From positions 136,991-200,990 of the IMG/VR virus record IMGVR_UViG_3300029305_004606: a stretch of DNA of 64,000 nucleotides. The stretch is one strand, 5' to 3'. A program made the position numbers and the translations under genes. The notes beneath the pieces are model-generated. The model saw only the letters and a program-made list of their open reading frames with translations, did no database searches and was not told the DNA's origin. How positions within the stretch are numbered: the stretch's first letter is position 1; the number at the start of each line of letters is the position of its first letter. This stretch comes from a virus. Lineage: Duplodnaviria > Caudoviricetes. Below are positions 1 to 12,700 of the stretch, piece after piece.

Positions 1-2
1 TT

Positions 3-3000
3 GTAGCTCAAGAATTAGCAATGTGTAACTGTGTTGCTATGGGAACACAAGCATCTGTATTAATGGAAACTGCTTTTATGACTAACTCTAGAGAATCTGC
101 TTTATTACAAAGCGATGAATTCTGTGTAGAATGTGCTAGAGAAATTGCCCAAGGTATTTTCAATTATTTTGGTATTACAGATGCTGATGCTAATGTTTAT
201 GTAGTAGCAGCTGATAGAAGTCATACTGATGAAGATGATAAAGATATTATAAATGCTACTGTTACTTTAGATAATCCTGTAGTTGAATATTATGGAAATA
301 TAAATTGTCCTGCTCCTACAGTTGTATATGATGGAACAACATTATCTATCAATGTAGATTATACAGTTCAATATTCCAATAATATTAATGCTGGTATTGG
401 TATTGTTACTATTACTGGTATTGGAAAGTATACTGGAACGAAAAATGTAGAATTTACTATTAAAGCTAGAGATATTGGAACAGCTTCTTGGGTATACAGT
501 ACAGATGCTGATAATTGTATCAATATTGATCAATTAGGTTTAACTTGTATTGGTATGACTCTTGTAAAAAATACAGATTATACGTTGGAAGTTAGTTACA
601 AAGATCATGAAGGTTATAAATTAGCAATCTGTAATGCTTATGGTAAAGGAAATTACTATGGCTCTATCAATGGTGGATTCTTTGTTGAAAAATATCCAGA
701 AGATCCTAAGATTGATATCAATAGTATAAGTTTTAGTATAGACCAAAACGACTTTATTTATGATGGTAATGTACATAAACCCGAAGTATCAAATACAGGT
801 GGACTGATTGTAAATACTGATTATACAGTAACTTATAATGGTACATTTATAGATGCTGGAAATTATAAAGTTATAGTAACAGGTATAAATTCTTATGAGG
901 GTACTATAACATTTTCTGTTACAATACATAGAAAAGAAATTTCTAAAAATAATTTTACTATTAGTCAAAATTATTTCATATATGATGGTTCTATGCATAA
1001 ACCTGATGTGACAAATAATATCGGATTAATTGCAAATAATGATTATACTGTTTCTTATAATGGTGCATTTATTAATGCAGGAGAATATACAGTTGATATT
1101 GTAGGTGTAAATAATTATATTGGATCTATATCATTTCCTGTAACAATAGACAGAAAAGAAATTTCCAAAGATGATTTTAATGTAGCATCGAATTTAACAT
1201 ACAATGGATCTGTACAAAAACCTATTGTAAAAAGCTTGAAAGGTTACAGTATAAATACAGATTACAATGTAGAATATATAGGCGATTTTATCAATGTAGG
1301 ACAATATACAGTTAATATTACTGGTATTGGAAACTATATTGGAAGTGTAACTTATTCTGTTACTATAAATAGAAAAGATATTAACAATATATCATTTACT
1401 ATATCTGATAATATTTATAATGGATCGCAACAAACTCCTATAATTACTACATCAGAAAAAATAGTTGAAGGACAGGATTATTCTGTTGTATATATTGGAG
1501 ACATGATAAATGTTGGTACATATGATATTATTATATCTGGTATTAATAATTATACAGGAAATGTCAATACTGTAGCAAAAATTGTTCCCAAATCGATAAC
1601 TTATGACGATTTCGATATTTATCCTAAGACGTTTATTTATAATGGAGATAGTAAAGATGTAAGTATTTCATCTTCATTACGCTTGGGAAATGATTATACA
1701 GTATCTACTGAAGAAGATATGGTATCTGTTGGACCCAAAACACTTACATTCCAAGGTATTGGAAATTACACTGGAACTATAACAGATTCTATAGAAATAC
1801 TACCTTGTAATATAGATTCTATATATTTTACAGTAGAACCAGATAGTGCTGTTTATTATGGTGGAACATTATATCCTATTATAAGTTGCGGAAATGGTTT
1901 AATAGAAGGAACTGATTATAAAGTTTCTTATAAAGGTAAATTTATAGAAGTTGGTAATTATCAGACTATTATTACTGGTATTGGAAATTATACTGGTGAA
2001 CGAAGTTTTGATATGGTTATTACAAAAAGAGAATTGTCTACTGTAACTATTGATATTGAAACAGATAGTAAAGGATTTTATATAATTGATACTCTTAGAT
2101 TATATACAGAAACTGAAGAATTGGTAGCTGGAGAAGATTATAGTTTGACTATCAGTTATACAAACAACTTTGCTACATCTTACAAAGAAGCTACAATTAA
2201 AATTACTGGTATTAATAATTATAACGGAACAATAACCAAGGTGTATAATGTTTCTGATATTGAATATATAGATATCAATGATTGTATCATTATGGTAAAT
2301 ATTCCTGGTACTATATATTATTCTGGTTTTGCTAATAGACCTGAAGTTACTGTTAAATATGGTAATAAATTGCTAACTGAAAATATAGAATATAAAGTTG
2401 AATATAAAGATAATATCAATGCTGGTAATGCCAAAGTAACTATCTCTGGTATAGGTCTTTATGTAAATTCAAAAACTGAAATTTTTATTATTCAGAGACA
2501 AAATATAACCAATAGAGTGATAACTATAGAACAAACAAGTTATTATTTTACTGGAAAAGATATTACTCCTGCAGTGCAAGTAGAAGGACTAAAGCAAGGA
2601 TCAGATTATACTGTAACTTACAAAGACAATAAATATCCTGGAACTGCTAAAATTATAGTTAATGGTACAAATAACTATATTGGTACTTTAGAGACAGAAT
2701 TTACTATCGAAGGTGAAAATATATCTGATTGTATTGCAGAATATGGTACCCCTTCAAAGTATACTGAATATAGAGTAGAAGGTGCTTTTAATCTATATGC
2801 TGATTTAGAATCATATCAAGCTAAAGAAGCTTTGATAGTAGGAATTGATTATATTATTGCACATGAATCTAGAACAGAATATAGCGAATATACTTTGGTT
2901 GGTATTCTTGTAGAAGGATGTAATCTATATACTGGACAGCATAGATATAGTTTCAGAGTTATAGACAAAGATGAACCTCCAAGAGATATACCTGATGATG

Positions 3001-3608
3001 ATAACGGTGTATATAATTTTGGATATCTTAATATACCTGGTTCTGAAACTGCTGTTGGAGATTATGATTTTGGATGTCTTGATTGTGGAATTGATCCAGA
3101 AACTGTTGTTATAGACGAAAAAGATTATGATTTCAATATTCTTTGTGGAGATGGTCAATATGGTATTAGTCCTGGTGATATTTTTACATTGAAAAATACT
3201 TCTATTTATACAACTTGTAATGCTGAAGAGGTAGCGTTTAAATGTAATAAAACTATCTATATTTATGACAATATTATTGTTAATGGTAGAGTTAGAGTTG
3301 CTCGTATTGAAGATGCTGTAGATTCTCCTGCTAGAGTATTTGGATGGGTTGTAATAGATGATATTAAGAAACTTAATATTCTTCCTATTGGTGAAAAAGT
3401 TATTGTTACCGGAAAAATCTATGAAAATCCTGATGGTACTGGAAGCTATATTGAAAAGAGTGAAGCAACTATGTATATATCTGGACATGTTAATGGTATA
3501 GAAGAAAACAAATTTCAATACCCTTATATTGTATCTACTACTAAAACAAGTAGAATGCTTGGATATGTATCCAGATTATCAATAGTACAATACTCTGACA
3601 CATTCTAA
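3..3608 (+). CDS. N-acetylmuramoyl-L-alanine amidase (C-terminal part of Amidase_3 domain) fused to ~12 MBG/Ig-like repeats and a possible SH3-like C-terminus; 5'-truncated by window
   Basis: Frame is open from the window edge. 'SVLMETAFMTNSRE...CAREIAQGIFNYF' is the Amidase_3 C-terminal motif. There are 12 repeats of Y-x-V-x-Y...(I/V)xG(I/K)(G/N)NYxG. Confidence 0.8.
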   Translation, partial: VAQELAMCNCVAMGTQASVLMETAFMTNSRESALLQSDEFCVECAREIAQGIFNYFGITDADANVYVVAADRSHTDEDDKDIINATVTLDNPVVEYYGNINCPAPTVVYDGTTLSINVDYTVQYSNNINAGIGIVTITGIGKYTGTKNVEFTIKARDIGTASWVYSTDADNCINIDQLGLTCIGMTLVKNTDYTLEVSYKDHEGYKLAICNAYGKGNYYGSINGGFFVEKYPEDPKIDINSISFSIDQNDFIYDGNVHKPEVSNTGGLIVNTDYTVTYNGTFIDAGNYKVIVTGINSYEGTITFSVTIHRKEISKNNFTISQNYFIYDGSMHKPDVTNNIGLIANNDYTVSYNGAFINAGEYTVDIVGVNNYIGSISFPVTIDRKEISKDDFNVASNLTYNGSVQKPIVKSLKGYSINTDYNVEYIGDFINVGQYTVNITGIGNYIGSVTYSVTINRKDINNISFTISDNIYNGSQQTPIITTSEKIVEGQDYSVVYIGDMINVGTYDIIISGINNYTGNVNTVAKIVPKSITYDDFDIYPKTFIYNGDSKDVSISSSLRLGNDYTVSTEEDMVSVGPKTLTFQGIGNYTGTITDSIEILPCNIDSIYFTVEPDSAVYYGGTLYPIISCGNGLIEGTDYKVSYKGKFIEVGNYQTIITGIGNYTGERSFDMVITKRELSTVTIDIETDSKGFYIIDTLRLYTETEELVAGEDYSLTISYTNNFATSYKEATIKITGINNYNGTITKVYNVSDIEYIDINDCIIMVNIPGTIYYSGFANRPEVTVKYGNKLLTENIEYKVEYKDNINAGNAKVTISGIGLYVNSKTEIFIIQRQNITNRVITIEQTSYYFTGKDITPAVQVEGLKQGSDYTVTYKDNKYPGTAKIIVNGTNNYIGTLETEFTIEGENISDCIAEYGTPSKYTEYRVEGAFNLYADLESYQAKEALIVGIDYIIAHESRTEYSEYTLVGILVEGCNLYTGQHRYSFRVIDKDEPPRDIPDDDNGVYNFGYLNIPGSETAVGDYDFGCLDCGIDPETVVIDEKDYDFNILCGDGQYGISPGDIFTLKNTSIYTTCNAEEVAFKCNKTIYIYDNIIVNGRVRVARIEDAVDSPARVFGWVVIDDIKKLNILPIGEKVIVTGKIYENPDGTGSYIEKSEATMYISGHVNGIEENKFQYPYIVSTTKTSRMLGYVSRLSIVQYSDTF

Positions 3609-3621
3609 TTTTATGTAAAAT

Positions 3622-3654
3622 GGGCAAGCATTATACAGTGCTTGCCCCTCTTTT
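3622..3654 (+). terminator. Intrinsic terminator
   Basis: GGGCAAGCA/TGCTTGCCC stem followed by CTCTTTT. Confidence 0.75.
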
Positions 3655-3663
3655 AACCCAATT

Positions 3664-3675
3664 CACATATGAATA
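3664..3675 (+). promoter_or_regulatory. Late (nvRNAP-type) promoter CACA-N6-TA
   Basis: CACA-TATGAA-TA upstream of the GAAAGGAGG SD of the tape measure gene. Confidence 0.6.
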
Positions 3676-3702
3676 ATCTATTTGAAAGGAGGATAAACCA
3701 TT

Positions 3703-6700
3703 ATGGCTACAACTAATTCAAAGTCAAAAACTTATCTCAAAAATGTGGGAAAATCTTTTGGTTATGCTGCTATGGATGTATTCGAGCATTATAATCCTAC
3801 CCTCACAAATTTGTATAAGAGTAGTAAAGATGCTGTAACTGAAGCTAAACGTCTCTCTAGAGAAGCAAAGATGCAATTGCAGCAGGCTGAAGTTGACTCA
3901 GATAAGGGTGGTATGTCCTATATATTGGAAGATCTTGCTAGTGGTAAATGGTATAATAAAGAACGTCAAACTGAAGATGAAAGATACCTTAGCACGATCG
4001 CTAAAGAAGAAGATTGGGGAGATGACACTACGGCTTCTGCTGTAGCAGATACTGCCAGGGATGTAATGAAGCAAAACGAAGCAAGTACCAGAAAAATTTC
4101 TGATTCACTTGGTGGAGCTGCTCAGAGCATTTCAACATCTATTGGATATGCATCTGCACAATCTGCAGATTACATAGTGAAATCTTTTGGTGCTCAATCT
4201 AGAGCATTATATGGTCTTACAGCTAACGGGTTTGATAGAGTAACAAATGTGTTACTTAGTATAAATAATAGTATTGATGGGATTGCTAGTATGGGTGAAG
4301 GATTAAATGCTCATATGAAGAACTCTTCTATTTTTTATATTAATGCTACGCAGAGTTTGAATAGAATTGATACTAATATTGAAAAACTTGTTAAGATGCA
4401 GGAAGCTGCTAATAGATCTCCTAGAGGTATTAGTAGAAAAAATGTAAAAGGTATGGAAAACCTTATTGATTCTGATGGTAATATTGATCTTGTTGCTTAC
4501 ATGAAAATGGTAAAAGACAATATGGATCAGTATAAGACATTAGCTGAAGCTTTAAAAGATAAAAAGGAAGATTGGATCGGTAATAGAAAAGGTGGAAACA
4601 TGCTTTCCAATACTGTTGTTTCTGTTGTAGATGCAATGATTCCTAAAATGACTAAAGAAGCTATGAAGATAATGAACGAAACTCTCAGAGATGGTTTGAT
4701 TGCCGGATTAGCCCGAGGTGGTATGAAAGCTAGAAGAAGTAACAATCCTGTTGCTAATCTTTTAGGCGAAATGTTCTTACCCAAGGATGGTTACAAGGAT
4801 AAGCTTGATACTTCCAATTATGAAAAAGGTCAGGTTGCTTGGGATGGTATTGCTAGAAAATCTTTAGTGGAAGTTATCCCTACATATTTGGCTAAAATTT
4901 ACGCTGCTTTAGGTGGTGAAGAAAAGTACTTTGATTACGAAACAGGAAAGTTTGTAAAACTTGAACAAATAAAAGCTGATCATGAATATGACAAGAGAGT
5001 ATCTGCTGTTAGAGCTGGAGGAAAAATGAGAACTGATATCCTTGCAGATATCAGGAAGAATGCACCGGCTCAAAGACAAGCTCAGTTAGAAAATGAAGTT
5101 GAAAGTTTCTTTTTACAAGCTTTTGTTGATGGATATGATTTTGTAGAAATTGCTCATATGATAAATGATGCTAATTTTAGAAGAAAGTATGGTATTACCA
5201 GAGAATCTGCTAAATATATCATTGATTATGTTGGAGCAAAAGATGCTACAAAAGCAAGAAGAGCTACAGGATTTGTAGCAGGTGTTGCTAGAGGAAGAAA
5301 TGAATTTGGTAATACTATGAGAAGAAGAGAAGCTGCAGGTACATCTAATCTTGTATATGCTTCACATGGATTTGATGGAGGTCCTGCTGGAAATGCTATC
5401 AATCAATTTGCAACAATGACAGATAGTTTCGGCAAGACTCAGGCTTATTATCTTCGTGGTATTTATATGATGACTGGTAATATCTACGGAGCACTTCAGG
5501 GACAAGTTGGAGGTTCTTATAGAGTAAGACCTGATAGAAGAGCAACTGCTTCTACCTACTTTAATCCTGATACTGGTAGATATTCTAGAAGAAGACCTAG
5601 AATGACTGGTGGAGAAAGATCTAATATGGATAATCGCCAGCAAAGACAGGCTGCTTCTACAACAACTAGAAATCGTAATATAAGTATTGAAGATAGAGCA
5701 AAATATTATGGAATGTCAGATGATCAGATTCTTGAAGCAAAGAGAAGAGAAGAAATGGTCAAGAGAGCTCAACAGGCTTTTAATGGTCAGGAATTCACTC
5801 CTATTCAGGGAACAAGTGAAGATGGTCAGCCTAGAGTTAGATCAAGATTTGGTTCAGCTCTTGCTAAAGTAAAAGATTGGTATCAAGCTCCATTTGCTGC
5901 TATGACAGATATGATCAATAGCTTTACTCTCGGAATAAACAACATGTTCTGGGGAACAAAAGAGCGAAAAGGTCTTATTGATAAAATTTCTGATTATATG
6001 AAATCTCTTTGGACAAAAGTCTTTGGAGATGAAAATGGTCAGGGTGGAATTGGTATGCAGGCTGCCATGAAAGAAGAGTGGACAAAAATTAAGACTAAGG
6101 TTAAAGATAAAGCTCGAAATTTCATGGGTAATGTTGGTGCTAGAGACCGTGCTGCTGGACAAAGAGAAATTGCTCAAGCAGTGGCAAATCAATTTTCAGG
6201 TACTCAAGAAGTACCTGCTCATGCCCGGGGTCGTAGAATAACGAAGACTGGTCTTATTGCTGTATCTGAAGGTGAATTAGTAATTCCTTCCGAATTTAAT
6301 CCATATTATCATGGTAGAACTAACAAGAGACAGCAGATTAGAAATGAGCAGAGAATAATCAATAAATTCTATGGTGGATTTGCTACAGGTGGTACTGTCG
6401 GTGGAGCGTATACTGATGGACAATTTGTAGAAGATGTAGATCCAATTACAGGAGAAAAAATATACAAATTTGTTAAACCTGATGGAACTGTAATTAGACT
6501 TAAGAAATCCGAATATGCCAAAAGATTAGCACAATGGAAGATTAAGCAAACTACTCAGGCTATTGATGATAATACTGGGGCAATTACAGCTGCAAAAGAT
6601 GGTGTAAATCTTTTAGGTTCAGGATTAATGGATTTCATTAAAGCTTCTTTATTTGGTACTGATAAACAGCAGGAAGAAGATAAGAAGAAGATTAATATGA

Positions 6701-9700
6701 AAATGACTGATATCTTTAAAGAGATGGGTCATGAAAAAGGAGCTATGGGTATTGGAGCTATCGGCGGACTTGGTGTATCTTTGTTAACTGGTGCTGTTGT
6801 GGGTCCTTTAGCTGGTGCTGCTTTAGGTGCTGGTGTTGGATTATTAGCAAAATCTGAAAAAGTTCAGAAGATGCTCTTTGGTGAAGTTGATGAAAATGGT
6901 AATTATGAAAAAGAATTTGGAAACTTTGTAATGAAGAAACTTCCTAATATTGGTGTAACTGCTGGACTTGGTTTGGCAGGTGGAGCTCTATTAGGATCTC
7001 CAATTATTGGATTAATTGCTGGTTCTGCTATTGGATTTGCTGGACAATCTGATGCTGTTAAAGATAGACTGTTTGGTAAACTTGATGAAAATGGTGAAAG
7101 AAGTAAGGGTGGTTTAATTAATAAGGAACTGCGTGACAAAATTAAGAAAGCTGCTCCCAATATTGCTGCTGGCGGAATTGCTGGTTTATTAGTTGGACCT
7201 TTTGGTTTAGCTGGCAATTTGATTGTTGGTTCTGCCATTGGATATTTGTCAACTGGAGAAAAATTCCATCAGTATTTCTTTGGTGATGGAAAAGATGACA
7301 AAGGTCTTGCAGGAATTATTCATGAAAAGATTATTAAAGGTCTTGATGATTTAATTCATAATACTGGAAATGCTCTTAAAGGATGGATGAGAAAGACTGG
7401 AGCTAAAGTTGGTAGTAAAATTATGAGCTTTATTAGTAAAGCTCAGAATAAATATGAAACCGGTAAAGCTTCTGGATTAACTAAAGCTATAGGTTGGGCT
7501 GCAAGTGTGCCAGGTAAAGCTCTTAAAGGTGCAACTAATAAAGTTGGAGACCTTGTACAGGGATTAGCTGGTCATAGAAGAGCTAGAAACTTAGCTGAAG
7601 GTTATGATGTTTGGAATGCTGAAGCTGGTAGAAATGCTACTGCTGCTGAAAGATTAGGAATGAGATCTGATGATGATATTTCATCTGCAGCAAATATGGA
7701 TAGAGCTATTGCTGGAGCAGACGCTGAACAACTTGCTCAGCTTAAGAATATGCTTACTGACCTTAGAGATCCTAAACTTGCTTTCCAAAAAGTAAAGGAC
7801 AAATCTACAGCTACATTGTATTCTGAATTAATGGATGCAGGTATTACAGATAAGAAGCTTATTAAGAAAATTATCAAAGAAGCTGGATCCACAAATAGTA
7901 CGATTAGATTGGAAGATTTGATAACAGGATATTCTGAAGATCAACAGAAAGCTATTAGAAAAGCATTTAATAAATCTGATAAAGAAATACAGGCAGCTAA
8001 AGATACTAAAACTGTTACTAAAGGTAATCTTGCATTACTTAAAGATAAGTTTGGTATTAACTTAGAGGGAAGTTCTAATGCTGATATTGTAAATTATTTG
8101 AAAGCTATCGAGCATGATGAAAAAATACGATTCGGTGAAGATGGATCAGATTTAAATGCTAAAGAAGAAAAATATCAGGATAATGTAGTAACATTGTTAA
8201 CTGATATGAATAATAATATCTCTTTATTTACTGAATATATTACAGGTAAGCGTAATGCTGCAGGTAGATTTGATGGTAATATTGACAAAGAAGGTAATGC
8301 TCATTTCTGGGTACATGGTGACAGAGCAGTATCTGCTGAAGAAGCTATTGCTGGAGCAAGAGGTCAGAGAGATATTATGGAATTTGGTAGAGATACCAAG
8401 AATGCTATTGCCGAAACAACTACAAAAGTTATTGATACTGTAACTGAACCTATTAAAGATGCAGTTGTAGGTACATTTGACTTTGTAAAAGAAAAAGTTG
8501 TTACTCCTTTGTCTGATACTGTAAAAGCTGTAGCTCATACTGCTCAAGATTTATATGGTATCGGTATAAGAGGATTTAATGCTGCAAATCCTGATATTGA
8601 TACTAGCAATTATTATGGACCTACATCTGGAATTGATGTTGTAAATACTGCTCAGAGAACAGCTACAAGAGCTAGTTATCTTGGAGGAAGACTCAAGAGA
8701 GGAGCAGGTGATGTAATAAAAGCTATTAGAGGCAAAGCTGAAGGTGGCACTATTTCTGGAGATAATACTTTCTTAGATATGCTTGCTGATAAAGTAATCG
8801 AAAAAGTTGGTGGAATCGGAGATTATCTCAAAGGTAAAATGGAATCTGCCAAAGAAAAAATCACTACACATGTTGATGCTTTTGGTAACGTTCATAAGAT
8901 GACTACTAATAATCAGGGCGAAACTGTAGCTGCTACAAATGATTCTACAACAAAGAAATCTAAAGCTGCTATGGATAAGTTTATGAATTCTGTAAACTCT
9001 ATTCCTGGTATGGCTACTGCTATGTCCGGACTATCAAGTATGTTTGGTGGTTTAAAAGACAAACTTCTTGGTGGAGATGAAGAAAAAGGACCTGGATTAC
9101 TAGAACAACTTGTAAATGGTTTATTTGATGATACAGACGGATTTATTCCAAATATAATTAATCTTATAACCGGTGGTCAAGGTGGTGGTAAATTTGGTGG
9201 TATTACTTTAAAAAGTATATTTACAAATTTAATTGGACCTGGATTATTAGCAGCTGGATTTGCAGGAGTTTTTGATAATGCTTTTAAGGCTGCAACTGGT
9301 GGTGCTTATGGTAAAAAAGATAATGAAGAGTATTACGATAAAGAAACTGGTCAAGTTGTACAAAAAACTGCTGATGGACAATATACTGATGCTAATGGTA
9401 ATATTGTATCTGGAAATATAGGTGTTAGACAGAACGATGTTGCTAGTTTTAGTGACAAATTGAAAGAAAATACAGCTAGAGGTGTTTTAACAAATACTTC
9501 TTCTGTTGCAAGTAAAGTTCTTGGAAATACTAATATTGGAAAGACTATAAGTGCTGCTGGTAGAACAGTTGTTAAAGCTGTTGGTGGAGATGCTGCTGCT
9601 ATGGCAAGTATTACAGATACTATATTAGATGCTTGTATTAAATTTACAAGTATGCTTGGCAAAATTCCTGCATTAAAAGGTATTGCTGGTAAGATTGATG

Positions 9701-12700
9701 ATATGGGTCTCGAACTTGCTGAAAAGATTTCAACTAAACTTGCATCATCTGGAGCAAAATCATTACTTAGTAATGCTGCTAATTTTGTTGTATGGGCTAA
9801 AATTGCATTTATTGTAGTAGACTTTACAACAGGTTATGAGGATGCTAGAACTACACTTGGTATTATAGATGAACCTACAGTTCCTCAGAAAATTATTGCA
9901 GGTTTATTACGTGCATTAAAGAATTTAATTCCTGTAGTTGGTTCGTTAATTCCTGATAGTTTAGTAATAGATGTATTCTGTAAGTATATTGCTCCATTCT
10001 TTGGTATTGAACCTGAAGGTTTAATGAAACAGAGAGAAGAAGCAGAAGCAAAAGTTGCAGAGTATAATGCTGCTAACGGTACAAACTATTCTGTAGGTGA
10101 GTATAATAAGGCTGTATTGCATGATTATACTTGGACAGAAAGAATCGGAAATGCTGCAAAATCTACTGTAAACGATGTTAAAGATAAATGGAATGCTGGT
10201 GTAACTGCTATTAAAGAAAAAGGTTTAGGAGGAGCTATCAAAGATGGAATCTCTAATAACGTTGATATCTTTAAAGAAGCATTCAAAGGTAAAGATGGAG
10301 GTCTTGCTGGAGTTACTTCTGGTATAGGTGCTGTATTAGGAAATCTTTTACCTGGTGTCTTTGGAGAAGTTGCACAAAAGAACACTGAAATTCAAGCTCT
10401 TGCTTATAAGGGTGAGATTGGTGAAATGTGGAAAGTTGCTTTAAGTGACTTCAGTAAAGGTAGTGATGAGGAAGCAAATGTTGGTATATTTAGTAAAATT
10501 ATCGGACAGATTCCTTTATTATTTACCAAGATTAATATGACACCTTTAGCTTTAATCAATAAGGTTATTAGACCTATTATGGATAAAGCTGGAGATGCTT
10601 TTAAGGGTATCATCGAAGGTGGAAAATATATTGCTACTCTTCCTGCTACTGTAGCTGCTGACACTAAAGCACTTGTATACAGTAAAGAAGATACAGATTT
10701 GAAGGATTTCTTCAATGTATCTAAGTATGAACAGCAAGGTGAAAATGGTTTCTATAATGGTATTATTAAGGCGGTCGCAATGACTAGCCGTGTAGCAAGT
10801 TTAGGAACTATGATAGTTGGTGCTGTAGGTAAGAGAATTGGAAAAGCTTTTGTTGAAATTAAGGATAAAGTAGTAAACATGGGCAAGGCATTTATTAGCC
10901 TTGATACAGGTATTACAAGGAAAGCGTTAGAAGGTGACGTATCTAACATGTTCTCCTATGTATCTTCTTCTACTTCAGAAGATGCCAATAATCCTCTTGG
11001 ATTTATTGGTAAAGTATATGGATATACTACTGCAGCCTTAAGAACTCCTCTTGCTTTAGTTTCTAAGGCAGGTAAAGCTATTGGTAAATTCTTAGTTGAA
11101 ACAAAAGATAAAGTTATTACCATGGGTCAAGCTTTTGTAGCATTAGACTCTGGTATCACTAGAAATGCTTTAGCAGGTGATATTGGTGGTATGTTTAACC
11201 ATGTATCTTCTTCTACTTCAGAGGATGCCAATAATCCTCTTGGATTCGTTGGTAAGGTGTATGGCTATGTAAATGCTGCTATGAAAACTCCTCTTGCTTT
11301 AGTTTCTAAGGCAGGTAAAGCTATTGGTGGATGGTTGACAAGTGTCAAAGATAAAGTAGTTACTGCTTTCTCTACTATGGCTACGATGGATCAAAGTATT
11401 ACTGCAAAAGCTACAGCAGGTGATATAACTGGAATGTTTGACTATGTAGCTGGAGCTACATCAGAAGATGCCGAAAATCCTCTTGGATTTGTAGGTAAAG
11501 TATACGGTTATGTAAACGCTGCTGGTAAAGTTCCTCTTGCTTTATTATCTAAAGCAGGTCAAGCTATCGGTGGATGGTTTGGTGAAAAAGTAGATGCGTT
11601 TAAGACAGACGTTGGAACATTAGATTCTGCAAAAGAAGCTCTCAAGGGTATGAGTCAAGATAAATCTAGTTCTATTGGAGATATCATGGGCTATACAACA
11701 GAGTTTAGTGATAATAATGTATTCAAGGGAATTTTTAACGCTATTTTCGGATTCCAAAAGATTTTCTATAGTGCTGCTAAACTTCTCGGAAATGTATTTG
11801 ATGCAATCAGTGGAGTTGTAGATGGTATTAAAGATAAAGTCGGTGGAGTTGTAGATGCTGTTACTGAGAAAGTGTCTGGTGTTAAAGATGCTGTAGTTGA
11901 GAAAGTAGAAGATGTAAAAGAAGGAGCTAAGAAAGTTGTTAATAATGTTAAAGAAGGTGCCAAGAAAGCAGGAGAAACTGTCAAAGGATGGGGAGAAGCT
12001 GCTTGGGATGGTTTAACAGGATGGATAACTGGATCTGGTTCTGGATTTGTTTCTCAATATGATCCTAGATATCAGAATTATAAAGTATCTGGACAGAACT
12101 TTGCTGCTAAGGGTTGCGGTCCTGCTGTAGCTGCTATGGCTGGTAGAGCTCTTGGTAAGAATATTTCTGTTAATGATGCTGTAAATGGTTCTATTGGATA
12201 TCAGAATGGTAACGGTGTATCTATTGATTACTTCCAGCAAATGCTTGGTTCTAAGGGAATCAATACTAGATATATTAGTGGTGGTTCTTCTGCTGATTTA
12301 TATAACTCTATTGCTAGTGGTGAGAAGGTTGTATTACTTGGTAGAGATCCTTATAATACTTCTAAAGAATATTCTCCTTTTGGACCTAACAATCATTATG
12401 TATTAGCTACTGGTATCGATAGAAGAGGAAATGTTATTATTAACGATCCCGAAGCTAGAGGACCTAGAGCTTATAATCCTGCTATTTTGAATTCTGCTAA
12501 GTTTGGTGTAGCTGGTTCTAATAGTGGAATTGGAAGAAGAAGTTCTATTAGAAGATCCTCTAAAGTAAGAAATATTTTCTCAGGCGGATCTTCATATGAT
12601 ACAGAAATTGCTAAGCAAGTTTGGGCATTCTTTATTAATAAGGGATACTCTCCTGAATGTACTGCTGGTATTATGGGTAACATGTATGCTGAATCTGCAA

